Shown here: positions 9,581-18,661 of the stretch, one piece after another
How positions within the stretch are numbered: position 1 is the stretch's first letter
Layout: every line of letters begins with the position of its first letter
Origin: an uncultured Actinomycetes bacterium
GTDB lineage: Bacteria > Actinomycetota > Thermoleophilia > RBG-16-64-13
Length of the DNA: 64,000 nt
NCBI GenBank assembly: GCA_963841735.1
Contig: CAWJDT010000004.1
Span: forward strand, 288,001 to 352,000
Reading direction: 5' to 3'
Position numbers and translations under genes: made by a program
The notes under the pieces: generated by a model
Databases searched by the model: none
Told to the model about the DNA's origin: nothing
What the model saw: the letters and a program-made list of their open reading frames with translations, nothing else

Positions 9581-11469
9581 CAGGACCTCCTAACAGCGTC
9601 GAAGCGGCACTTCTCATAGCACGCGCCACATTTGATGCATAGTTCTTTGTCGACTACATGGACTTCTTTACGCTCTCCTGTGATGGCGCCCGTCGGGCAC
9701 ACCCTCACACAGGCCCGGCAGCCCGTGCACTTCTCTGGATCGATGAAGTACGTCACCAGGGCCTTGCAGATACCCGCCCGACACTTCTTGTCGACTACGT
9801 GTTCCTCGAATTCGTCGCGGAAGTACTTGAGAGCGGTGAAAACCGGGTTGGGGGCCGTACCGCCCAACGCGCATAGCGAGCTAACCTTGACCTGTTCGGC
9901 CATCTGCTCAAGGAAGGTCACGTCGTCGAGTGTGCCCTTGCCGTCGCAGATCTTGGTCAAGATATCGAGCATCCGCTTTGTGCCTATGCGGCACGGAGGG
10001 CACTTGCCGCAGCTCTCCTGCTGGGTGAAGCCGAGGAAGTAGCGGGCTGTATCGACGATACAGTTGTCTTCGTCGATGACGATCATGCCGCCCGAACCCA
10101 CGATGGCACCGGTCTGGTTGATGGTCTCGTAGTCCACCGGAAGATCGAGTAGCGCCTCGGGCAGGCAGCCTCCTGAGGGCCCACCCATCTGCACGGCCTT
10201 GAACGTCTTGCCGTTCTTGACCCCTCCACCGATGTCGAAGATCACTTCACGCAGCGTCATGCCCATAGGGACTTCGGCCAGACCGGTCCGTTTGACCTTG
10301 CCCGCCAAGGCAAACACCTTGGTGCCCTTCGACCTCTCGTAACCACGGGATGCAAAGGCCTCCGCGCCATTGGTGATGATCCAGGGGACCACCGCCAACG
10401 TCTCGACATTGTTGATGTTGGTGGGCCGCTTCCACAGACCCGACTCGGCTGGGAACGGGGGTCGCAATCGCGGCATGCCGCGATTGCCCTCGATGGACTG
10501 CATGAGTGCGGTCTCCTCGCCGCACACAAACGCTCCCGCCCCCTCTTTGAGCTTGATGTGAAAGGAGAAGTCGGAACCCATGATGTTGTCGCCTATGAGC
10601 CCACGCTCCTCGGCGACTTTGAGACCGATCTTGATGCGCTTGAGCGCCAAGGGATATTCGGCCCGCACATACAGATAGCCGATGCTTGCTCCAATGGCAT
10701 ATGCGCCGATGGCCATGCCTTCGAACACGGCGTGCGGCTCGCCCTCCAGAGCCGAGCAGTCCATAAAGGCGCCCGGGTCACCCTCGTCGCCGTTACAGAT
10801 GAAGTACTTGATGCCGTCCGGCGACTGGTAGCCCGCGGCAAACTCCCATTTCTGCCCCGTGGGGAACCCGGCGCCCCCCCGCCCCCGAAGCCCCGAGCGT
10901 TTCATCTCGTCGATGACCTGGGCCGGGGTCATGCTCGACAGCGCCTTGTAAAGGGCCTGATAACCCCCAGCCTCCAAGTAGTCGTCGATGTCTTCTGGGT
11001 CGATGATGCCCACGTGGCGCAAGGTAAGCTTCTCTTGCTTGTCGTAAAACAGGTTGTACTCGGTGGGCCCCTGATCGCTCAGCACCAGCCACTTCTCGAT
11101 GGGCTCGCCACCGAGGATGTGCTTCTCCATGATCTCGGGCACCATAGCCGGAGTGACCTGGCCGTAGGTGACCTTCGAGTGCGAACCGTTGCGCCGCAGA
11201 TGGATCTCCACCAGGGGGTCCATGGCGCACAACCCCTGGCAACCGGTCCCGGTGACTGCAGCGGACCGCCCGGCGCAGGTGTCTTCCCGCGGCCGGATGA
11301 GGGCCAACACGCCCGTCTTCGCCACCTCTTCTTCAAAGGCCTTCAGGACTTCCCGACTGCCCGCGGCCACGCCGCCTGTGCCCAGACAGATGCGGATGTC
11401 CACCTCGGGAACCGTGAGGCAGGCCCTTTGCGCAGCAGGCTGGATGAGAGAACCGATGGCCGCCATCAA
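9580..11469 (-). CDS. HydB/NuoF-like FMN/NADH-binding subunit with C-terminal 2x[4Fe-4S] ferredoxin domain
   Basis: SGLRGRGGAGFPTG, NGDEGDPGAFMD, GAFVCGEETAL, ESCGKCPPCRIG, CTGCRACVRVCP / CIKCGACYEKC. Confidence 0.92.
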   Translation of the reverse strand: MMAAIGSLIQPAAQRACLTVPEVDIRICLGTGGVAAGSREVLKAFEEEVAKTGVLALIRPREDTCAGRSAAVTGTGCQGLCAMDPLVEIHLRRNGSHSKVTYGQVTPAMVPEIMEKHILGGEPIEKWLVLSDQGPTEYNLFYDKQEKLTLRHVGIIDPEDIDDYLEAGGYQALYKALSSMTPAQVIDEMKRSGLRGRGGAGFPTGQKWEFAAGYQSPDGIKYFICNGDEGDPGAFMDCSALEGEPHAVFEGMAIGAYAIGASIGYLYVRAEYPLALKRIKIGLKVAEERGLIGDNIMGSDFSFHIKLKEGAGAFVCGEETALMQSIEGNRGMPRLRPPFPAESGLWKRPTNINNVETLAVVPWIITNGAEAFASRGYERSKGTKVFALAGKVKRTGLAEVPMGMTLREVIFDIGGGVKNGKTFKAVQMGGPSGGCLPEALLDLPVDYETINQTGAIVGSGGMIVIDEDNCIVDTARYFLGFTQQESCGKCPPCRIGTKRMLDILTKICDGKGTLDDVTFLEQMAEQVKVSSLCALGGTAPNPVFTALKYFRDEFEEHVVDKKCRAGICKALVTYFIDPEKCTGCRACVRVCPTGAITGERKEVHVVDKELCIKCGACYEKCRFDAVRRS

Positions 11470-11990
11470 CCCTTCGCCTCCCCGTTGCCCTCTATCTCAG
11501 CCCGGAAGGCATCGAATATCTCCACTGCCTTCTCAGGCGTCAACTTGCCGTGCGCACGATCGTTGATCATCACCACAGGCGCCATGCCGCACGCTCCCAC
11601 GCAGTGCACCTCTTCGAGGGCGTAAAGCATGTCCGGGGTGTTCTCGCCCGCTTTTATGCCTAAGTGCTTCTCGAGTTCGTCCGAGATGCGGGTCGCTCCC
11701 GACACATGGCACGCTGTGCCGTGGCAACAGCGGACGGTATGCGTCGCATGCGGGTGCAGCCTGAACTGCGAATAGAACGTGGCCACACCGAGAGCCATGC
11801 TGAGTGGTTCCCCGGCGGCCTCGGCCACCCGTCTCATCACCTCTTCGGGCAGATAGCCGAATATGGCCTGTGCGCCCTGTAGAAGGGGGACCAAAGCCCC
11901 CTGTTCCCCTCTGTAGTGATCGAGTAGATCTGTGAACTGTTGCTCTAGAGCCTGCTCTTCGGTGCCACCGGTCATTGCTTGGGATGTCAT
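11466..11990 (-). CDS. HydC/NuoE-like [2Fe-2S] subunit
   Basis: GVATFYSQF, CHGTACH, CVGACGMAP; ATG at 11990 with GGAGGA SD. Confidence 0.92.
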   Translation of the reverse strand: MTSQAMTGGTEEQALEQQFTDLLDHYRGEQGALVPLLQGAQAIFGYLPEEVMRRVAEAAGEPLSMALGVATFYSQFRLHPHATHTVRCCHGTACHVSGATRISDELEKHLGIKAGENTPDMLYALEEVHCVGACGMAPVVMINDRAHGKLTPEKAVEIFDAFRAEIEGNGEAKG

Positions 11991-12107
11991 CTGATCAGTC
12001 CTCCGTAGGTCCGAGCTATTGTATCTCGGCAACCACAAATTGGTACAAGGATTTCATAAATACGGACATCACCGGGTGCAAGAGTCACTCTGGCTAGCGA
12101 GTGTCGC

Positions 12108-13046
12108 TCACCGCGAACTACTCGATGACTCAACCCCACGCCTCGTCGCCTGGGCGAAGCTCTCGCCGGCCTGAAACGAACTCCTCACAAACGGCGCCGC
12201 ATGAACCTGCAGCCCGAGAGCTTCGCCCCACTCCCGGTAGGTCTCGAATACCTCGGGCCGCACGTACTCCACAACCGGCAGATTGCGCCTTGAGGGACGC
12301 AGATACTGGCCTATGGTCACCAGGACCACACCGACACCGGCGATGTCCTGAAGTAGGGCCTTGACTTCGCCGCCCGTCTCACCCAGTCCCACCATGAAAC
12401 CGGTCTTTGTCAGACCGACCGCATGGGAAGCCGCGTAGTCGAGCACCTTCAGTGACCGATCGTACACTGCCTGGGGCCTCACCTCGCCATAGAGACGCGG
12501 CACCGTCTCCACATTGTGGTTGAACACCTCAGGTCTCTCGGCGAGCACCACATCCACGTCTGCAGTGCGGCCCTTGAAGTCGGGCACAAGCACTTCCACC
12601 GTTGTCCCGGGCGCCGACGCGCGGATCGCCCTGATGGTGGCCCCATAGTGCCCGGCACCCCCGTCTGCAAGGTCATCACGGGTCACCGATGTCACCACGG
12701 CATGAGAGAGCCCCAGCCGGGCAACAGCCTCAGCGACACTCCCGGGTTCCGCCAGGTCCACCGGCCCCGGCGTGCCCGTAGTCACTCCACAAAAGCCGCA
12801 GTCTCGTGTGCAGACGTCTCCCAAGATCAAGAATGTAGCCGTTCCTCGGGCGAAGCACTCACCCAAGTTGGGACAGAGAGCGCTCTCGCAGACTGTGTGC
12901 AGGCGTCGCTCCCGCAGCAGTCTCTCCATGCTCTTCAGGCTTGCGGCGTTGGGCAGTCTCTTCTTCAACCACTCCGGCTTGGGACCGGGCGCGCCGGCGG
13001 CAAGACCGCCGGGGGAACCGTCCGCCCCCTCGCCCACGCCGCTCAT
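12108..13046 (-). CDS. lipA: Lipoyl synthase
   Basis: KPEWLK, CESALCPNLGEC (auxiliary cluster), CTRDCGFC (radical SAM), FVRSSF. Confidence 0.95.
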   Translation of the reverse strand: MSGVGEGADGSPGGLAAGAPGPKPEWLKKRLPNAASLKSMERLLRERRLHTVCESALCPNLGECFARGTATFLILGDVCTRDCGFCGVTTGTPGPVDLAEPGSVAEAVARLGLSHAVVTSVTRDDLADGGAGHYGATIRAIRASAPGTTVEVLVPDFKGRTADVDVVLAERPEVFNHNVETVPRLYGEVRPQAVYDRSLKVLDYAASHAVGLTKTGFMVGLGETGGEVKALLQDIAGVGVVLVTIGQYLRPSRRNLPVVEYVRPEVFETYREWGEALGLQVHAAPFVRSSFQAGESFAQATRRGVESSSSSR

Positions 13047-14248
13047 TTGCGGCCGCTTCCCAACTTGCGACAGGCCGCTTCGGTCGCCTGCTGCATCACG
13101 TCCTTAAGAGCAAGGCCGGTCTTCGCGGCCACCGCAGCACAATTTTCATATTCGGGAGCCGCGCTCGTCAGCTCCCCCTCCCAACAGCCCCATTTGACCG
13201 CGACGCTCTCCCCGGCAACGGTGACCTCCACCGAGCCACGCTCGGCCACGTGCCGAGCCACCGCGCATCTACGCACGCCCAGCGTGCCCGTCTGCTCGAA
13301 CAAGATGGCCACCATTCGCGCCTCCGCGTCGACATCCGCCAGGGCGTGCAATACCACCCCCGGGCGGTCCTTCTTCATCTGAGCCGGCACCGCCCATACA
13401 TCCAAGGCGCCCGCACTCCGCAGGAGTCGCATGGCGTGCCCCACGACCTCGCCGCTCACGTCGTCAAGGTTGGTCTGCAATTCGACCACGTGGTCGCCGC
13501 CGCCCTCCCGTTGTGCGGCCTTCCCCAACACTACCCTCACTAGGTTCGGGCCGTGATCCAACTTGAGAGTGCCGGCCCCGTAACCGATCGCCTCCAGTAT
13601 CATGTCCGGCATCCCCACGGCCTGAGCCCTCAGCTCAGCGACCAACAAGGCGCCGGTAGGTGTGGTGAGTTCCCGCGTCTCCGGCCCCGCCTTAATGGCA
13701 TATCCTTCGAGCAGCCGGGCCGTAGCCGGCGCGGGCACACCCATGCGCCCGTGCGCTATGTCCACCGTGCCGCCCCCGACCGGGATAGGACCCACGAATA
13801 CGGAATCTACCCCCAGATAATCCACCAACGCGAACGCGCCGACGATATCCACCAGAGTATCCACCGCCCCGACCTCATGGAAGTGGATCTCTTCAGTGCC
13901 GCAGCCATGAATGGCGGCCTCCGTCTCTGCAAGCCGTTGTACCGCGGCGCTCGCGGCCGTCCTTACCTTGTCCGACAGGCGGGACTCCGCGATCATGCCC
14001 TGCATGTCGGAATGATGACGTAGCGGCTGCTCGCCCCCGTCTTCAACCGCCACCCGCGTACAGGCAATGCCCCACTCGACGTCGCGACTCACCCGCACTA
14101 CGCTCTCGTCAAGACCAAGGGCGTCCACCGCCCTGCGCAACTCTGCTTCTAGACGACCACCCTCCCGGTCGACGTCCAGCAACGCAGCCAGCAGCATATC
14201 CCCGGAGATCCCCGACCATGGGTCGATATAGAGAAGTGGGTGTGCCAT
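13043..14248 (-). CDS. larC: Nickel insertase LarC (nickel-pincer cofactor biosynthesis family)
   Basis: SGISGDMLLAAL, HFHEVGAVDTLVDI, ELTTPTGA, TNLDD, MKKDRPG, APEYEN; SD AAGGAG. Confidence 0.9.
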   Translation of the reverse strand: MAHPLLYIDPWSGISGDMLLAALLDVDREGGRLEAELRRAVDALGLDESVVRVSRDVEWGIACTRVAVEDGGEQPLRHHSDMQGMIAESRLSDKVRTAASAAVQRLAETEAAIHGCGTEEIHFHEVGAVDTLVDIVGAFALVDYLGVDSVFVGPIPVGGGTVDIAHGRMGVPAPATARLLEGYAIKAGPETRELTTPTGALLVAELRAQAVGMPDMILEAIGYGAGTLKLDHGPNLVRVVLGKAAQREGGGDHVVELQTNLDDVSGEVVGHAMRLLRSAGALDVWAVPAQMKKDRPGVVLHALADVDAEARMVAILFEQTGTLGVRRCAVARHVAERGSVEVTVAGESVAVKWGCWEGELTSAAPEYENCAAVAAKTGLALKDVMQQATEAACRKLGSGRK

Positions 14249-14273
14249 CCGTAGCTCCTTTGCCGCCTTGTGG

Positions 14274-14302
14274 TTGCATTCTCGCATGCCACCTCATACA
14301 CT
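14274..14302 (+). promoter_or_regulatory. Sigma70-type promoter of the XRE regulator
   Basis: TTGCAT-17 bp-TACACT. Confidence 0.55.
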
Positions 14303-14360
14303 GCAGAGCGTACGTTTTGTTCTTGCTCCAACCGGGCAACTCTCGACTACCGGTGAAACA

Positions 14361-14738
14361 GTGACGCAAAGGCGACTCGCTGACTACATAGGACTTGCCG
14401 TCCGCCGACTTCGCTCAGACAGGGATTTCACCCTGCAGGCCCTCGCCGATGAGTCGGGGGTTTCCAAAAGCTATCTTGGCGATATTGAGAAAGGCCGCAA
14501 GAACCCGACCACCGACGTCATCGAAGCCATCGCCGAGGCGCTGGGGGTGCCGGCCCGCGAGCTGCTCTACCATGCGGCACTAGACGAAGACGATCCCTTC
14601 CTGCAGCCAGAACAGCTCATGCTGGAAGAGGTGGTAGAAGACGACGCTGAGACCCGCGAACTCGCCCATCTCGTCAAGCGGATGAGGACAGTCGACCGGC
14701 GCCTGCTGCTAGACGTCGCTCGTCGTATCTCGCACTAG
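14361..14738 (+). CDS. XRE-family HTH transcriptional regulator (ClgR-like N-terminus); start uncertain
   Basis: IGLAVRRLR..TLQALADESGVSKSYLGDIEKGRKNPT HTH_3 pattern. Confidence 0.85.
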   Translation: MTQRRLADYIGLAVRRLRSDRDFTLQALADESGVSKSYLGDIEKGRKNPTTDVIEAIAEALGVPARELLYHAALDEDDPFLQPEQLMLEEVVEDDAETRELAHLVKRMRTVDRRLLLDVARRISH

Positions 14739-14781
14739 GAGCGTCGCGCAGCCGCGCTGGGTCTCCCGGCCCGCACCTCGC

Positions 14782-15156
14782 CTAGTACCTACCCAGTTCC
14801 TCCAAGCGGTCATCATCGATGCCGTAGTAGTGCGCGATCTCGTGGACCACGGTGCGCCTCACCTGGATTGCGATGGCCGCCTCGTCCGGCCCGGCGACCG
14901 CCTCTATGGGCTTCTGATAGATAGTGATGCAGTCGGGCCACAGAACGTGGTCGACGTGCCGATCGGTCATAGGAACCCCGTGATACAGCCCCAACAGACC
15001 ATGCCGGTCCCGCCCACCTAGGCCCACAGCCTCGAGATCTTCGCGCGAAGGCCACTCCACAACGTCCACCTGGACGTTCTCGAGGCGCTCTTTGAACTCG
15101 TCGGGTAGCGATTCCAAAGCCTCTTCCACCAACTTAGAGAAAGCATCAAGCTCCAA
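14782..15156 (-). CDS. Minimal zincin-like metallopeptidase (DUF1025 type)
   Basis: LLGLYHG, ITIYQKP, TVVHEIAHYYGIDDDRL (HExxH). Confidence 0.85.
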   Translation of the reverse strand: MELDAFSKLVEEALESLPDEFKERLENVQVDVVEWPSREDLEAVGLGGRDRHGLLGLYHGVPMTDRHVDHVLWPDCITIYQKPIEAVAGPDEAAIAIQVRRTVVHEIAHYYGIDDDRLEELGRY

Positions 15157-15162
15157 CGCGGC

Positions 15163-15792
15163 TCACCGCTCCTCCCCTGACCCCTGAATGCCGGCCACCG
15201 CCGCCAGGAGTGCCCGAGCCGCCTCTCCCCTGTGTGAGACTTGGTCCTTTTCTCCAGGTGTCGCCTCAGCCAGGGTCTTCTCCCACCCGGCCGGCTGAAA
15301 CACCGGATCGTATCCGAATCCGTCCGCGCCGCGGGGAGCCGTGGTGATCATGCCTACGGAGTATCCCTCTACAGCGACTTCGCGCACCGTCTCCTCGCCG
15401 TCGTCGCCCGGCAGCAACAGCACCAGAGAACACACGAACCGGGCTTGCCGGTCGTCAATGCCCCTCATCTCGCCCAGCATCTTGGAGACGTTCTCGGCGT
15501 CGGTCGCTCTCTCGCCTGCAAATCGGGCCGATTGCACCCCCGGCCGTCCCCCAAGCGCGTCGACCACCAGGCCCGAATCGTCTGCCAGCACCGCAGCCCG
15601 CCCTTCCATAACCGCAAACACGGCCAGGGCTTTAAGCCGGGCGTTTTCGTAGAAATCCAGACCAGTCTCTGCCGGCAACGTCACCCCCGCGGGCAGCGCG
15701 CGCACACAGAGGGTAGGGGCAAGCAGGCGCTCGAACTCTCGGGCCTTGCCGGCATTGCTGGTGGCCAGCACGACTCGAAGGGAGTCACTCAC
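15163..15792 (-). CDS. rdgB: Non-canonical purine NTP pyrophosphatase (HAM1 family)
   Basis: ATSNAGK, ADDSGL, GFGYDPVF, SHRG; follows rph. Confidence 0.93.
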   Translation of the reverse strand: MSDSLRVVLATSNAGKAREFERLLAPTLCVRALPAGVTLPAETGLDFYENARLKALAVFAVMEGRAAVLADDSGLVVDALGGRPGVQSARFAGERATDAENVSKMLGEMRGIDDRQARFVCSLVLLLPGDDGEETVREVAVEGYSVGMITTAPRGADGFGYDPVFQPAGWEKTLAEATPGEKDQVSHRGEAARALLAAVAGIQGSGEER

Positions 15793-16556
15793 TTCTTGGC
15801 GACACCCGCCACGCCAACCGCGGCATACGCCCCAGCCACCACTTCCATCTGCGCCGCCTTGATCTGAGCGATCGCCCCCCCAGCCAGATCGAGCAACTGG
15901 TCGAACACATCCCGGTCGAACGGCTCGGCCTCAGCCGCTGCCTGCACTTCGATGAGCCTGCCCTGGCCGGTCATGACCACGTTCATGTCGACGTCGGCCA
16001 CGGAGTCCTCTTGGTACTCCAGGTCGACCACGGGCATCCCGCCCACTACGCCCACACTTACAGCGGCAACTGTGTCTTTCAACGGAAGAGTCCGCAGCGC
16101 GCTCGAATCCACGGCGCGTTTCAGAGCCAGATGAAGGGCCAAGTAGCCGCCACTTACAGCAGCGCACCGCGTACCACCATCGGCCTCTATGACGTCGCAG
16201 TCGACGTAGACTGTGCGCTCACCGAGCGCCGCCAGATCGATCACCCCCCGCAGGGCCCGCCCTATGAACCGCTGGATCTCCACCGTCCTCCCGTCCTGGC
16301 GACCGCGAACGGCCTCCCGCGGGGTGCGATCCCTAGTCGAACTCGGTAACAAGGAATACTCTGCAGTCAACCAGCCTGCGCCGCTGCCTCGCCGCCATGC
16401 GGGAACCCCGTTCACCAACTGCACGCAGCAAAGCACCCTTGTGCCTCCCAATTCCATGAGAACCGAACCGCTCGCGGTGCTCACGAAATCAGGCGTGATC
16501 TTGAGAGGCCGCATCTCAGCGGGCCCCCTACTCCCCGGTCTTTCGCCGCTCGTCAT
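15789..16556 (-). CDS. rph: Ribonuclease PH
   Basis: GWLTAEYSLLP, GRTVEIQRFIGR, ADGGTR, DLEYQED. Confidence 0.95.
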   Translation of the reverse strand: MTSGERPGSRGPAEMRPLKITPDFVSTASGSVLMELGGTRVLCCVQLVNGVPAWRRGSGAGWLTAEYSLLPSSTRDRTPREAVRGRQDGRTVEIQRFIGRALRGVIDLAALGERTVYVDCDVIEADGGTRCAAVSGGYLALHLALKRAVDSSALRTLPLKDTVAAVSVGVVGGMPVVDLEYQEDSVADVDMNVVMTGQGRLIEVQAAAEAEPFDRDVFDQLLDLAGGAIAQIKAAQMEVVAGAYAAVGVAGVAKK

Positions 16557-17368
16557 ATCCGCACGACCTCTCTGATGGGAAGCTGCAAGAACCGTGCTCC
16601 CACCTCTTTGAACTCCAACAAGTCTCCACTCGCAAAGAAACGATAGTCGCCTTCACGGCCCGGCGCATTCCCGATGCCCCTGCGCTCAAGGATCTCCCCA
16701 ACCTCACGGGCGATCTCTTCCGCCGAGTTGATCAGTGCAACCTGTGGACCGAGAAGCCGGCGCAGCATCGGAGTGATCAAGGGATAATGCGTGCACCCCA
16801 GGATCACCGTGTCCACCCCGGCGGCCTTTAACGGAGTCACGCACTCCCGGGCGGCGCTCTCCGTCTCCTCTGAGAACACGTCGCCCCCTTGGATGAGTGG
16901 CGCAAGCCGCGGACAGGCCACAGAAAAGACTTCCAACCCGGCATCGAGCGACTTCAGCGCGCTCTGATACGAATTCGAGCGGATGGTGGCCTCCGTAGCC
17001 ATGATCCCCACCCGTCTGTGGCGTGTGGCCTGCATCGCCGCCCGCGCACCGGGCATGACCACGCCGACCATAGGCGTGGAGAAGGTCGACTGCAACTGGG
17101 CAAGAGCGGCCGAAGTAGCCGAATTGCAGGCTACTACGATCAACTTGACCCCCAGGTCCACCAGAGACTGCGCGGCCGCTAGAGCAAGCCGGCGGACATC
17201 GTCCAATTCACGTGGGCCGTAGGGAAAGTTGGCTGTATCGCCCAAATAGACAAAGTCCTCGTTGGGCAGGTTGACCAGACACTCGTGCAACACAGTGAGG
17301 CCGCCGACGCCGGAATCGAACACACCTATCGCCCGCGGATCGGCGATATTCTCCTCTGTTTCACTCAT
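16553..17368 (-). CDS. murI: Glutamate racemase
   Basis: IGVFDSGVGGLTV, VACNSA, LGCTHYP. Confidence 0.96.
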   Translation of the reverse strand: MSETEENIADPRAIGVFDSGVGGLTVLHECLVNLPNEDFVYLGDTANFPYGPRELDDVRRLALAAAQSLVDLGVKLIVVACNSATSAALAQLQSTFSTPMVGVVMPGARAAMQATRHRRVGIMATEATIRSNSYQSALKSLDAGLEVFSVACPRLAPLIQGGDVFSEETESAARECVTPLKAAGVDTVILGCTHYPLITPMLRRLLGPQVALINSAEEIAREVGEILERRGIGNAPGREGDYRFFASGDLLEFKEVGARFLQLPIREVVRI

Positions 17369-18293
17369 CGTGCTGTGATTCTACCAGGTCCCCCGTACGC
17401 CCTTTTCTAGCTACCAGTGCCCTATGCACCGCGGCATTGATCTCTCCTCCCGCCAGCACCACGAGGGCGATAAGAAAGGCCCAGAAGAGAAGCACGATCA
17501 CCGTGCCGATAGCACCGTAGGTCAGCCAGCGCACCTGCCACATGCCCTGACTGACAAACCAAGAAAGTGCCATCGATGCTCCAATGATGCCCGCTACCGA
17601 AAACAAGGCACCAGGCACCACCGTATACCAGTGCTGCCGCCTACTGGGAGCCAAGTAGAGAAAGAGCCCTAGGGCCCCCACCAGGAGGACGAAAACCACG
17701 GGCCAGCGCAACCCCACCCAAAGACTGTGCCAGCCTGAGTCAAACCCCGCCTCCTCTCCAATGCGGTCGCCCACCCACGATCCGAAGACAAGGAGAAATA
17801 CCCCCGCCGGGATCACCACGGCCCCCGCAAGCGACCAGACGATCGCCATGAACCGTCGTTTCTGCCAGGAACGGGTTTCCTCCAGGCCGTAGGCCCGGTT
17901 GACCGCCTTGAGCAAGACCATGATCGCGCTAGACGCGCTCCACAAGGTCAGCACAACACCCAAGGACAACAAGGTGACGTTGAGCGCGCCGGCCTCGTTT
18001 AGCACGTCTTGCTTTACGATCTCATACAGACGGCTGTCGGTGTTGACGACACCCGCCAGGCCCCCCAAGAGCCAGTGACCCACGCTTTCTTGCCCCCCAG
18101 GCACGAAGGAGACGACAGCATTCACGATGAGCAAGAAGGGGAAGAGACTGAACAGCACGCTGTAGGCGACCTGCGCTGATAGACCGAGACAGTCGTGATA
18201 GTAGAGTCCGCCGACGACTCCTTTGGCCCCGGAAACGAGCCCCCGGCCTAAGTCGACAAGCTTGCTCCGCACAAGCCGCTGGCTACTCCGCAT
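17361..18293 (-). CDS. YihY/BrkB family membrane protein
   Basis: AQVAYSVLFSLFP, AVNRAYG, YGAIGTVIVLLFW, GGEINA; multiple TM helices. Confidence 0.88.
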   Translation of the reverse strand: MRSSQRLVRSKLVDLGRGLVSGAKGVVGGLYYHDCLGLSAQVAYSVLFSLFPFLLIVNAVVSFVPGGQESVGHWLLGGLAGVVNTDSRLYEIVKQDVLNEAGALNVTLLSLGVVLTLWSASSAIMVLLKAVNRAYGLEETRSWQKRRFMAIVWSLAGAVVIPAGVFLLVFGSWVGDRIGEEAGFDSGWHSLWVGLRWPVVFVLLVGALGLFLYLAPSRRQHWYTVVPGALFSVAGIIGASMALSWFVSQGMWQVRWLTYGAIGTVIVLLFWAFLIALVVLAGGEINAAVHRALVARKGRTGDLVESQHDE

Positions 18294-18588
18294 GAACCCC
18301 TGTGCCGGCCCGCCGACAAGTGTAGCTGGGTACTATGGTGTTCAGACGAGACACAAAGCCACGCTCCATCAGAAGGCGCAGAGTCTCATGAATGGGTGCG
18401 CTCGACGGAAATCTCGCTTCCAGCTGGCCAACGGTCAAACCGGTACCGACCTGGCGGAGGTATTCCAGCACTTCAAGCTCGACAGCGCTCAAGTCGGGTA
18501 GGGGCTTGACGCGAGGACCCTTCGCTACACTCCCCCGCGTCTCCGACCCACGTCCAGGCTCAACCTGCCGGCCTATCCCAGGCTTCAT
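18283..18588 (-). CDS. Small winged-helix hypothetical protein (101 aa)
   Basis: ATG with AAGGAGGT SD; LSAVELEVLEYL...LTVGQL...TLRLLMERGFV wHTH-like pattern; overlaps the yihY start. Confidence 0.6.
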   Translation of the reverse strand: MKPGIGRQVEPGRGSETRGSVAKGPRVKPLPDLSAVELEVLEYLRQVGTGLTVGQLEARFPSSAPIHETLRLLMERGFVSRLNTIVPSYTCRRAGTGVHAE

Positions 18589-18661
18589 GCAGACCTCCTT
18601 TCCTGTGGTGCGTCGCGAGGCGGCCGAGCCGCATTGGCAGTATGCCCCCGCTATTGTCACA

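Noticed and set aside
12040-12060. Possible Rex operator upstream of the HydC-like gene (TTATGAAATCCTTGTACC)
   Set aside because: Only one half-site resembles TTGTGAA-N4-TTCACAA; too weak to call, although Rex control would be plausible.
14306-14317. Degenerate SOS box GAGC-gtac-GTTT at the XRE promoter
   Set aside because: Two mismatches to GAAC-N4-GTTC, whereas the true boxes at lexA are perfect; better treated as a possible XRE operator.
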